64,000 bases of DNA from an uncultured Prevotella sp. (GTDB taxonomy: Bacteria > Bacteroidota > Bacteroidia > Bacteroidales > Bacteroidaceae), in the NCBI GenBank assembly GCA_944321295.1, contig CALUKU010000013.1:3317-67316 (forward strand), written 5' to 3'. Below, piece after piece: positions 16,976-26,255 of the stretch. The stretch's first letter is position 1. Every line of letters begins with the position of its first letter. Below the pieces are notes generated by a model. The model did no database searches. It had not been told where the DNA came from and saw nothing but the letters and a program-made list of their open reading frames with translations. The position numbers and the translations under genes were made by a program.

Positions 16976-19186
16976 ATGAGCAAACTGATATTCACCCCCG
17001 AAGAACGTAAGGAGGCAATGGCCTTGGGCAGGTCGCTTAAGGCCGGCATAGGAACGCTGCTTAAAGACCGTGACGAGGAGCGGATGTTCGAGTTCTTAAA
17101 GAAGGCGCTGAGGAGCGGAGCCGTAGAGCGTGACGTCTTCGGACTCAACCCAATACTCACCGGACTGCAGACGGCGAAGATTGCCGTAGACGAGATAGGG
17201 CTGAGGCGCGACGGCGTGATAGCCATCTTGCTTTATGCCGTGACGGGCGCGACGGCTGCCGACCCCGAGGAAATTAAGGCAGAGTTCGGTGACAACGTTG
17301 CGCGCATAATACACGGATTGGTAAAGATTCAGGAGCTTTACAAGAAGAACCCTGTGATAGAGAGCGAGAACTTCCGCAACCTGCTGCTGTCGTTCGCCGA
17401 GGACATGCGCGTGATACTGATAATGATTGCCGACCGCGTGAACCTGATGCGCCAGATACGTGACACGGAGAACGTTGAGGCGAAGACGGAGGTGAGCGAG
17501 GAAGCCAGCTATCTGTACGCGCCGCTGGCTCACAAGCTGGGTCTGTATAAGCTGAAGAGCGAGCTTGAGGACTTGAGCCTCAAGTATCTTGAGCACGACG
17601 CCTATTACATGATAAAAGAGAAGCTTAACGCCACCAAGCAGAGCCGCGACGCTTACATAGGGCGCTTCATAGGCCCGATAGAGGAAAAGCTGAAGGCGGC
17701 CGGCTTTAAGTTTCACATGAAGGGGCGCACGAAGAGCATACACAGCATCTGGCAGAAGATGAAGAAGCAGAAGTGCGAGTTCGAGGGTGTTTACGACCTG
17801 TTCGCCATACGAATAATTCTTGACGCGCCTATTGACAAGGAGAAGATGCAATGTTGGCAGGTGTTCGCCATCATTACAGATATGTATCAGCCTAACCCGA
17901 AGCGTATGCGCGACTGGTTGAGCGTGCCGAAGTCAAACGGCTACGAGAGTCTGCACATCACCGTGCTCGGCCCTGAGAACAAGTGGGTGGAAGTGCAGAT
18001 AAGGACGGAGCGCATGGACGAGATAGCCGAGCGCGGACTGGCCGCCCACTGGCGTTATAAGGGCGTTAAGGGCGAGAGCGGACTCGACGAGTGGCTCAAC
18101 AGTATAAGAACGGCTCTTGAGAACAAGGACGACATGCAGGTGATTGACCAGTTTAAGATGGACCTGTATGAGGACGAGGTGTTCGTCTTCACGCCGAAGG
18201 GAGACCTGATGAAGTTCCCCAAAGGTGCCACCGTGCTTGACTTCGCTTACAGGATACACTCGAACATCGGCAACCGATGCACCGGAGCTAAGATTAACGA
18301 CAAGGTGGTGACCTTCCGTTACGCGTTGAAGAACGGCGACCAGGTGGAGATAATAACGGCAAACTCGCAAAAGCCTAAGCAGGAGTGGCTGAACATCGTT
18401 AAGACGAGCCGCGCCAAGTCGAAAATACGCATGGCGCTGAAGGACATGATGGTGAAAGACGGCGCTTACGCAAAGGAAATGTTTGAGCGGAGGCTGAAGA
18501 ACAGGAAGATTGAGTTTGACGAGAGTGCCGTGTCGCATCTGATAAAGAAACTCGGCTTCAAGGAAGCCAATGACTTTTACCGCCGCATGGCCGACGGCAC
18601 GCTTGACGTGAACGACGTCATTGATAAATATGAGGAAATGCTGCACCACGATGGCGGCAACACCATGCAGCAGCAACAAGCCCGAAGCGCCGGCAACTTC
18701 AGTTTTGAGAACCCGAACGAAGAGTTGGCCCGCTCAACGGACGACGTGCTCGTAATAGACCGCAACCTTAAGGGTGTGGACTACTCTCTTGCCAACTGCT
18801 GTCACCCGATCTACGGCGACGACGTGTTTGGTTTCGTGACGGTAAGCGGAGGAATAAAAATCCACAGGAAGGACTGTCCCAACGCCACTGAACTGCGCAA
18901 GCGCTTCGGCTACCGCATTGTCAAGGCGAAGTGGAGCGGCAAGGGAAACTCGCAATATTCGACGACGTTGCGAATCATCGGCAACGACGACATCGGCATT
19001 GTGAACAATGTGACGAGCATTATATCAAAAGAAGAGAAGATAATGATGCGCAGCATTAACATTGACAGCAACGACGGCCTGTTTAGCGGCAACGTGGTGG
19101 TTAACGTTGAAGACACGTCGCGCCTTGAGCAGCTGATAAAGAAATTGCGCAACGTAAGGGGTGTGAAGCAAGTGTTAAGGCTTTGA
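16976..19186 (+). CDS. relA: Long RelA/SpoT homolog with degenerate HD hydrolase domain
   Basis: Synthetase motifs GRTKS, DLFAIRI, GYESLH, EVQIRT; TGS (VFVFTPKG), ZFD (LANCCHPIYGD) and ACT domains. Confidence 0.9.
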   Translation: MSKLIFTPEERKEAMALGRSLKAGIGTLLKDRDEERMFEFLKKALRSGAVERDVFGLNPILTGLQTAKIAVDEIGLRRDGVIAILLYAVTGATAADPEEIKAEFGDNVARIIHGLVKIQELYKKNPVIESENFRNLLLSFAEDMRVILIMIADRVNLMRQIRDTENVEAKTEVSEEASYLYAPLAHKLGLYKLKSELEDLSLKYLEHDAYYMIKEKLNATKQSRDAYIGRFIGPIEEKLKAAGFKFHMKGRTKSIHSIWQKMKKQKCEFEGVYDLFAIRIILDAPIDKEKMQCWQVFAIITDMYQPNPKRMRDWLSVPKSNGYESLHITVLGPENKWVEVQIRTERMDEIAERGLAAHWRYKGVKGESGLDEWLNSIRTALENKDDMQVIDQFKMDLYEDEVFVFTPKGDLMKFPKGATVLDFAYRIHSNIGNRCTGAKINDKVVTFRYALKNGDQVEIITANSQKPKQEWLNIVKTSRAKSKIRMALKDMMVKDGAYAKEMFERRLKNRKIEFDESAVSHLIKKLGFKEANDFYRRMADGTLDVNDVIDKYEEMLHHDGGNTMQQQQARSAGNFSFENPNEELARSTDDVLVIDRNLKGVDYSLANCCHPIYGDDVFGFVTVSGGIKIHRKDCPNATELRKRFGYRIVKAKWSGKGNSQYSTTLRIIGNDDIGIVNNVTSIISKEEKIMMRSINIDSNDGLFSGNVVVNVEDTSRLEQLIKKLRNVRGVKQVLRL

Positions 19187-19214
19187 CATAATGTGTTAAA
19201 GCCTTAGCGCCCCG

Positions 19215-19841
19215 CTACATTTCTTCTGTGAACTTGTCGAGATATTCAAGTCCTTTTTCCGTGCAGCACCCTCTGAGGAACACGACTATGAAGCTGTGGA
19301 ATATCTCGTCGAGTTTGTATTTCTCGTAGAGCCGGGCCTGCATTACGTGGTTCATAGCAGCGTCGCCCAGCTTGTTTATTATGTCGTAGTTGATGTCCTT
19401 GCGGAAGAAACCGTGCTCAATGCCGCTTTGCATGAACTCTTGCGAGTGGGCCGCCTGTATTTCGCCGTTTTCCTTGAAATAGTTGACAATGCGTCCGTAC
19501 TTGTTTATCTCTGCGAAAAACAGAGGGTTGATGTTGCCGAGGTCGTTGAGCTTTAGCTTGATGAAAAACGCGAGGACGGCCATCTCGTTTTCAGCCGTAG
19601 TGGCATAGTCGGTAAGCTTTTCAGACATGGTCTTGCCGTCGTTCTTAACACATTCGTAAAGCAAGTCTTCCTTGTTGCTGTAAATTTCGTACAGCGTGCG
19701 CTTGGATATTCCCATCTCCGTGGCAATATCGTCCATACGCACCGCCTTAATGCCCCTTTGCTTGAAAAGAGTCATCGCCGTGTTGAGTATCTTGTTACGC
19801 AGGTTTTCGCGGTAGGCGGTGATATTTCCAGTCTTGCGCAT
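19215..19841 (-). CDS. TetR/AcrR family regulator
   Basis: N-terminal HTH: MDDIATEMGISKRTLYEIYSNKEDLL. Confidence 0.9.
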   Translation of the reverse strand: MRKTGNITAYRENLRNKILNTAMTLFKQRGIKAVRMDDIATEMGISKRTLYEIYSNKEDLLYECVKNDGKTMSEKLTDYATTAENEMAVLAFFIKLKLNDLGNINPLFFAEINKYGRIVNYFKENGEIQAAHSQEFMQSGIEHGFFRKDINYDIINKLGDAAMNHVMQARLYEKYKLDEIFHSFIVVFLRGCCTEKGLEYLDKFTEEM

Positions 19842-20015
19842 TGTCGTTATATTAATTAATTTTATGTTAAGATAGCTGTTAACACTTGCAAAGTTAATAC
19901 ATTTTTTCGAAAAAACTATTTGGCTTCATTTATTTTTATTACATTTGCAAGAGATTTCATTACAAAATGACATCGCGTTTACTTTCCCATAATCAAGATA
20001 ACACAATTACAGCTT

Positions 20016-22307
20016 ATGGTTAACATCTCAAAAGAAGCCGCACTTGAATACCACCAGGGCGGTAAACCCGGAAAAATAGAAGTAAAACCGACAAAGCCTT
20101 ACAGTACGCAGACCGACTTGAGTCTGGCTTACTCTCCGGGCGTTGCCTTTCCGTGCCTTGAAATCCAGAAAACTCCTGACGACGTTTATAAGTATACCGC
20201 AAAGGGAAATCTCGTAGCGGTGATTAGCAACGGCACGGCCGTGCTCGGCCTTGGCGACATCGGCGCCATGAGCGGCAAGCCCGTGATGGAGGGCAAGGGG
20301 CTGCTGTTCAAGATTTACGGCGGCATTGACGTGTTTGATATTGAAGTTAATGAGAAAGACCCCGAGAAGTTCTGCGAGGCAGTTGAGCGTATTGCTCCCA
20401 CCTTCGGCGGCATAAACCTTGAGGACATCAAGGCGCCCGAGTGCTTCTACATAGAAGAAAGGTTGAAGCGTACGCTTGACATTCCCGTGATGCACGACGA
20501 CCAGCACGGCACGGCCATCATATCGGCAGCCGGCCTGAAAAACGCCCTTGAGGTGGCAGGCAAGGATATCGCAAAGGTGAAGATTGTAGTAAATGGCGCA
20601 GGAGCAGCCGCCATATCATGCACAAAGCTTTACGTGGCGCTCGGCGCGAAGAAGGAGAACATCGTAATGCTCGACTCTAAAGGCGTCATAACGTCTGACC
20701 GTGAGCACCTTACCGAGCAGAAGCGCCTCTTCGCCACTGACCGGCGCGACGTGCATACGCTTGAGGAGGCCGTAAACGGCGCGGATGTGTTCGTAGGCCT
20801 GTCGAAGGGCAACGTGCTCACGCAGGACATGGTGCGCTCTATGGCCGATAAGCCAATTGTATTCGCATTGGCAAACCCCGTGCCGGAGATTTCTTATGAG
20901 GACGCCTTGGCCAGCCGCCCCGACGTGCTGATGAGCACCGGCCGCTCCGACTATCCCAACCAGATAAACAACGTAATAGGTTTCCCGTATATCTTCCGCG
21001 GCGCACTTGACGTGCACGCCACAGCCATAAACGAGGAGATGAAGATGGCCGCCGTAGACGCCATTGCCGGTCTGGCAAAGCAGCCCGTGCCCGACGTCGT
21101 TAACGATGTATATCAGGTTAACAACCTCACTTTCGGCCCGTCGTATTTCATACCCAAACCCGTAGATCCGCGCCTTATCACCGAGGTGTCGGCAGCGGTG
21201 GCCAAGGCCGCAATAGAGAGCGGCGTGGCGCGCAAGACGATAACTGACTGGGAAGCCTATAAGAACCATCTGCGCGAAATGCTGGGGCAGGAGAGCAAGC
21301 TCACCCAAAAGCTGTATGACACGGCCCGCAAGCACCCGCAGCGCGTCGTCTTCGCCGAAGGCATACACCCCACAATGCTCAAGGCCGCCGTGCAGGCAAA
21401 GAACGAGGGAATATGTTGCCCGATATTGCTCGGCAACGACGAGCGTATAGCCAAGCTGGCCAAGGAGCTTGACCTTAGCCTTGACGGCGTAGAGATAATC
21501 AATCTGCGCCACGACCGCGAGAACGACCGCCGCGAGCGTTACGCCCGCATACTGGCCGAGAAGTGCCGCCGTCAGGGATACACGTTCCAAGAGGCCAACG
21601 ACAAGATGTTCGAGCGTAACTACTTCGGCATGATGATGGTTGAAACAGGCGACGCCGACGCATTCATCACGGGCCTTTACACAAAGTATTCAAACACCAT
21701 CAAGGTTGCCAACGAGGTGATAGGCATACAGCCGGGTTACGGCCACTTTGCCACCATGCACATCCTTAACACCAAGCGTGGCGTGCTTTACATAGCCGAC
21801 ACTCTGATCAACCGTCATCCGGAGAAGGATGTCCTCGTTGACGTGGCAAGGCTGAGCGCCGACACCGTGCGATTCTTCAACGACGAGCCGCGCATAGCGA
21901 TGATAAGCTATTCTAACTTCGGAAGCGACAACTTCGGCAGTGCCGCCGAGGTGCATGCCGCCGTGGAGGAAATGCAGCGCATGTATCCAGACCTGGCCAT
22001 TGACGGCGAGATGCAGGTCAACTTCGCGCTCAATAAGAAATTGCGTGACGCCAAGTATCCTTTCACCCGTCTGAACGGCCTTGACGTGAACACCCTCATC
22101 TTCCCCAACCTCTCAAGCGCCAACAATGCCTACAAGCTGCTGCAGGCCGTCGACAATGACGCGGAGATTATTGGTCCGATACAGATGGGACTCAATAAAC
22201 CAATCCACTTCACTGACTTTGAATGTTCAGTGCGCGACGTAGTCAACATTACAGCCGTGGCCGTAATTGACGCTTACGTACAGAAAATAAAGGAAAATCT
22301 TAAGTAA
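20016..22307 (+). CDS. maeB: NADP-dependent malic enzyme with phosphotransacetylase-like domain
   Basis: [49 protein letters not shown]; PTA domain in C-terminal half. Confidence 0.95.
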   Translation: MVNISKEAALEYHQGGKPGKIEVKPTKPYSTQTDLSLAYSPGVAFPCLEIQKTPDDVYKYTAKGNLVAVISNGTAVLGLGDIGAMSGKPVMEGKGLLFKIYGGIDVFDIEVNEKDPEKFCEAVERIAPTFGGINLEDIKAPECFYIEERLKRTLDIPVMHDDQHGTAIISAAGLKNALEVAGKDIAKVKIVVNGAGAAAISCTKLYVALGAKKENIVMLDSKGVITSDREHLTEQKRLFATDRRDVHTLEEAVNGADVFVGLSKGNVLTQDMVRSMADKPIVFALANPVPEISYEDALASRPDVLMSTGRSDYPNQINNVIGFPYIFRGALDVHATAINEEMKMAAVDAIAGLAKQPVPDVVNDVYQVNNLTFGPSYFIPKPVDPRLITEVSAAVAKAAIESGVARKTITDWEAYKNHLREMLGQESKLTQKLYDTARKHPQRVVFAEGIHPTMLKAAVQAKNEGICCPILLGNDERIAKLAKELDLSLDGVEIINLRHDRENDRRERYARILAEKCRRQGYTFQEANDKMFERNYFGMMMVETGDADAFITGLYTKYSNTIKVANEVIGIQPGYGHFATMHILNTKRGVLYIADTLINRHPEKDVLVDVARLSADTVRFFNDEPRIAMISYSNFGSDNFGSAAEVHAAVEEMQRMYPDLAIDGEMQVNFALNKKLRDAKYPFTRLNGLDVNTLIFPNLSSANNAYKLLQAVDNDAEIIGPIQMGLNKPIHFTDFECSVRDVVNITAVAVIDAYVQKIKENLK

Positions 22308-22337
22308 GTGGATCTGAAAACAGATAATTAAATTAAG

Positions 22338-22378
22338 GAAAATCCAATGGCTTTGCGATAATGTGCCATTGGATTTTT
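22338..22378 (+). terminator. maeB terminator
   Basis: gaaaatccaatggc / gccattggattttt followed by T-rich run. Confidence 0.75.
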
Positions 22379-22456
22379 CGTTTTTTCAGCCCAAGATAGG
22401 ATTATTGATTTGGGTTTAAAGGCGATTTAGTATTATAGGACGTCAGAATGACGCTT

Positions 22457-22544
22457 TGCAAGAAAGCGCTTTTTACGATGTAAAACGTGCTCTTTTGCAA
22501 TGTGAAATGCGGCAAATGGGCATGTGAAAAGCGGCATTTTGCAA
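22457..22544. repeat. 22-bp-period array (4 units) preceding TGTCAC module copy 2
   Basis: Units start at 22457, 22479, 22501, 22523. Confidence 0.7.
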
Positions 22545-22570
22545 ACAGGAAATGATTTTCATTCAGGTTA

Positions 22571-22755
22571 TAATATCACAATGTCACAAGCGGGTGTAAT
22601 GTGTTGAAAACCATGAAATTACGTGGTGACATTATGATCGGGACACTTTCACGACCGTCACGTGTGACAATGGTGATGGTTGCTGGATGCGTAATGTCAC
22701 GGTTTAAGTCGTTGATAATCAGCGGTATGCGCATAGTTGTGACATTGTGATGTTA
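22571..22755. repeat. TGTCAC module, copy 2 (185 bp)
   Basis: taatatcacaatgtcac ... gtgacattgtgatgtta; both arm spacers 38 bp. Confidence 0.85.
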
Positions 22756-22841
22756 AATCTGCGTTCGATTTACATTCATATTTCTACACGTAGTGAGTTC
22801 CTTATCCATAACATTGTGAATTTAAGATGTGTCAAACGAAA

Positions 22842-22877
22842 AAATCCCCGTATGCTTACGGTAGCATGCGGGGATTT
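22842..22877 (-). terminator. Terminator of the OB-fold repeat gene
   Basis: aaatccccgtatgct / agcatgcggggattt with U-tract on the minus strand. Confidence 0.75.
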
Positions 22878-22901
22878 GTGTTTTGTTATAAGGGCAATTG
22901 T

Positions 22902-24248
22902 TTACTTGTTGATGAACTTCTTGCCGTTCTTGATGAGTATGCCCTTAGCGTCTTTGCTTACGCGCTGTCCTGCGAGGTTGTAAACGGGAGCGTCAGCGTC
23001 GTCGCCGTCAACGGTTACCTTGTTGATACCGGTTGTGAAGCCGTTAACCGAGTAAAGCTCGTTACCGCTGTTAATCTCGTATGTTCCGTTGTAATTTATC
23101 AGTTTGCCGTAAACTACCACTTCGTCGCCGACCTTGATTTCTTCACCGGTGGTGAACTTCTCGCCGCCGAGATAGTAGCCGTGGAATACCTTAAGCTGTC
23201 CTTCGGGGCTGTCTGTGTCGTTGATGTTGTAGGTGGCGTTGCCGAAGCCGCCTTCGCCAACTGAAATCTCGTCAATGCTTACGATTACACCCTTTACGTA
23301 AACCTCTGTTTCAAGGCCTTCTCCGGCATAAATCAGTTCGTAGGCCTTTGCCACGTTGTAGGCTGTTTCAGGCGTGTTGCTGATGTCAACGCTCGGAGCC
23401 GGGGGAGTGGTTTCGCCGTTGAGCGAGTAGATTGAGCTGCCCTGGGCAATCTGGGGAGTGCCGTAATAGTCGGCAAGCTCGCCGTAGATTACGACCTCGT
23501 CGCCAACCTTAATTGCGTCTTCCGAGGTGAACTTATCGCCGTCGAAGTAGTAGCCGCGGTAAATCTTGAGCTGACCTTCAGTGCTCTCCGTGTCGTTAAT
23601 GTAGTATTCGGCGTTGCCGTAGCCGGTGTCTACATTCTTAATCTCGGTTATGATACCCTTCATGTAGATCTTCGTGCCTATGCCTTGGCTTTGGTTGTAG
23701 TAGTTGAGCACTTCGGCTACGGTGTATGCCGTTTCGGGAGTGTTCGAGATGTCAACAGGCTCTTCACCGTCAAGATAAACGGTGATGAAGTTGCACTGGG
23801 TGTTGCCGGCAATGGTGAGCGTTACGCTGGCTGCCGAGCCTGCCCATGTGGCGTTGTTGCCGTCAGTTGTCAGTTCGCCGCTGTCGGCCTTGTTGCCTGC
23901 GTTCCATTTGCCGCAGTTGTACTCAATGCCGGTGATGTTCTTGCCGTCGGGCGCCGTAACGGTGAGTGTGCCTGAGTACATGCGCAGGCGGGGCGTAGAA
24001 GACCAGATGCGGTTGGCGTTGTTGTTGCTCGGGTCTTTGGCCGATACTGTCACGGTTATGCCGTCAACTGGCGTACTCGTCGTAGCTTCGGTGAAGTCGC
24101 CGTCGCCACTATCGTTGCTTGATGTTCCGGCAAGCGTGGGGAACAGCTCTGCGTAGTCATTGTTGAAGTTGAACGACGTTTGGGCGAAAGCCGTTCCGAA
24201 GAATACGCTGAGCATGCATGCTAATGATAAACGTAAAATTTTGCTCAT
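22902..24248 (-). CDS. Secreted protein with two OB-fold-like repeats and a T9SS-type C-terminal domain
   Basis: Signal peptide; two 122-aa-spaced repeats DISNTPETAY..A...Y.KG.I....GNA.Y.I.D....GQL....GYY..G.KFT....IKVGDEVV.YG; C-terminus APVYNLAGQRV...KGILIKNGKKFINK. Confidence 0.65.
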   Translation of the reverse strand: MSKILRLSLACMLSVFFGTAFAQTSFNFNNDYAELFPTLAGTSSNDSGDGDFTEATTSTPVDGITVTVSAKDPSNNNANRIWSSTPRLRMYSGTLTVTAPDGKNITGIEYNCGKWNAGNKADSGELTTDGNNATWAGSAASVTLTIAGNTQCNFITVYLDGEEPVDISNTPETAYTVAEVLNYYNQSQGIGTKIYMKGIITEIKNVDTGYGNAEYYINDTESTEGQLKIYRGYYFDGDKFTSEDAIKVGDEVVIYGELADYYGTPQIAQGSSIYSLNGETTPPAPSVDISNTPETAYNVAKAYELIYAGEGLETEVYVKGVIVSIDEISVGEGGFGNATYNINDTDSPEGQLKVFHGYYLGGEKFTTGEEIKVGDEVVVYGKLINYNGTYEINSGNELYSVNGFTTGINKVTVDGDDADAPVYNLAGQRVSKDAKGILIKNGKKFINK

Positions 24249-24371
24249 AATCCAATGGTTTTTGATAATTAGTAATATATTTTACAACTCTTGTTTGCAA
24301 AAATAATGTTTTTATTTAAAATTCAAAATGTTTTGGTATTAAAAAGCTGTTAACATGAGCTTGGGAATAAA

Positions 24372-24403
24372 AAAAAGGAAACATCGGACAATGTTTCCTT
24401 TTT
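24372..24403 (-). terminator. Terminator of the pectin operon
   Basis: aaaaaggaaacat / atgtttccttttt. Confidence 0.7.
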
Positions 24404-24425
24404 CTATTATAACCCTTTAGAACGT

Positions 24426-26186
24426 TTATTTAATCACTTTGTCACTTGCGGTCTTGCCGTTAGCGTAAGTAATCTTTCTGATGTTAATGCCCTTGGTCGG
24501 AGCGTTGAGCTTAACGCCGTCAAGCGTGTAGTACTCAATCTTCTCGATTTCAGACGAGATTGTGGGTGAGGATATTCCTGCGGTTACGTGCTGCGGGAAG
24601 TATTCGTCAACAGACTCTTCGGCGTCGGCGTTCTGGCCTTTTACGATGTCCTCGACGATGGCGTTGAGATAAACCTCAACGTTGGTGTACCAACCTTTTT
24701 CAGTGTCGATTGTGTACAGGTTGCCGTCGGTGGGGTCGTTGGGGTTGAGGCCGTTGGCTGTTTCCCATTCGTCGGGCATGCCGTCGCCGTCAGTGTCGAA
24801 ATCGGCAGGGCGTGCACCTGTGGGGAAGTCGGCCTCGGTGTATCCCTCGACGTCAGACACGAGGTCGATTTGTCCCGGACGTTTTGTAACGGAACCGGTA
24901 TATTCTGCTGTGCCGGTACGTGCTTCTTCCATGTAGCGTGCGTCAACATCATCGCGGTAGAGTGAGGCACCGCAGTATTCGAGTACTTTGTTATATGCCA
25001 TCTCTGCAGTATGTGTGGTGACATCGCCAATAGGTGCTTCCTCGTCAAGTCTTATTCTTACGCAAAGTTCGCCGTTGACATTCTCCTTATGTTCCACGCC
25101 GTCACCGTAATAATTATTGAGGTCTTTGCTCCATTTCTCACCGTCTATGGTGTGTACGCCTCCGTCGTAGTTAACGCGGTCCCAGTCATCTCCGATTATA
25201 ATATCGCCTTTGTTTGTTTCAGATGTGTTACCAGCTATGTAATAGCGGCTCGTCATACCGACCTTGTCTTCGGGAGTTGAGTTTCCATCGGCGCCTACAG
25301 TAACTTTGGTAACCTGTTTAGCCTTGCTGTCTGAAGTTGCTGGACCACCTTTGTAATAGTTGTTTACGATGTTAATCTGTCCGCCTCCGGGGCCTCCGTA
25401 GCAGTCGCCGTTCCAGTTATACATCACGCAGTTGCGGAAGTCAACGTTTTCTGCTTGTACGGGGTTTTCCCATTTGTATTCATCATAAAGTTGGTTGTTT
25501 GTATATCCTTCCCATCCGTAGCGTGCTCCATTGAAGCGTGGTGCGCGGTTGCCGACATGTGCGATCATGTTGTGATGGAAACTTGCCAGCTTGCCGCCCC
25601 ATATTCCACCATAGCCGTGAGCGCCCTTGCCGTGACCTGCGTTGTTGAGGCTTTCTCCTATTGTACACCATTGCATAGTGAAGTTATTCATATCGTAGAA
25701 TGATGCAACCTCGTCGATGCTCCAGCTGAACGAGCAGTGGTCAAGTATCATACCAGTGCGCTCTCGTGTCCATATGGCATCAGCTCCGTCGTTAACATCA
25801 AGCTCTTGACCCCTGCGTACACGGATGAAGCGCATGATAATGTTATCGCCGTCAGGACGTACGGTATAATAACGTAATGTTATGCCAGGATAAGGAGCTG
25901 TTTGGCCTGCAATGGTTGTATTGTCGCCGATAACCAAGTCCCTGCTCAAGGGGATGACTCCAGCTACGTCGAACACGATGATTTTAGGTGTATCGTCTGA
26001 AACTGCTGCTCTCAATGTTCCTACGCCTTTGTCGTTAAGGTTGGTGACGTGTCTGATTTCGCCGCCGCGTCCGCCTGTTACATACCTGCCGTGGCCCTCG
26101 GCTCCGGGGAATGCCGGAACGTCTTGCGCCAATGCTGCAGTTACTCCTAATAAAGTAAATGCTGATAAAAGTAATTGTTTTTTCAT
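24426..26186 (-). CDS. Pectate lyase (PL1-like), secreted, T9SS-type CTD
   Basis: AFPGAEGHGRYVTGGRGG, IAGQTAP, DHCSFSWSIDE, FHHN, DTDGDGMPDEWE; CTD YYTLDGVKLNAPTKGINI. Confidence 0.85.
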   Translation of the reverse strand: MKKQLLLSAFTLLGVTAALAQDVPAFPGAEGHGRYVTGGRGGEIRHVTNLNDKGVGTLRAAVSDDTPKIIVFDVAGVIPLSRDLVIGDNTTIAGQTAPYPGITLRYYTVRPDGDNIIMRFIRVRRGQELDVNDGADAIWTRERTGMILDHCSFSWSIDEVASFYDMNNFTMQWCTIGESLNNAGHGKGAHGYGGIWGGKLASFHHNMIAHVGNRAPRFNGARYGWEGYTNNQLYDEYKWENPVQAENVDFRNCVMYNWNGDCYGGPGGGQINIVNNYYKGGPATSDSKAKQVTKVTVGADGNSTPEDKVGMTSRYYIAGNTSETNKGDIIIGDDWDRVNYDGGVHTIDGEKWSKDLNNYYGDGVEHKENVNGELCVRIRLDEEAPIGDVTTHTAEMAYNKVLEYCGASLYRDDVDARYMEEARTGTAEYTGSVTKRPGQIDLVSDVEGYTEADFPTGARPADFDTDGDGMPDEWETANGLNPNDPTDGNLYTIDTEKGWYTNVEVYLNAIVEDIVKGQNADAEESVDEYFPQHVTAGISSPTISSEIEKIEYYTLDGVKLNAPTKGINIRKITYANGKTASDKVIK

Positions 26187-26202
26187 GTTTTCCTATTTTT
26201 AT

Positions 26203-26234
26203 GCCCTGCGCATAAACTATCTTATGCGCAGGGC
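26203..26234. other. Intercistronic 13-bp perfect hairpin without U-tract
   Basis: gccctgcgcataa-actatc-ttatgcgcagggc. Confidence 0.6.
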
Positions 26235-26255
26235 GTTGTTAATGTTTATCGTTTC

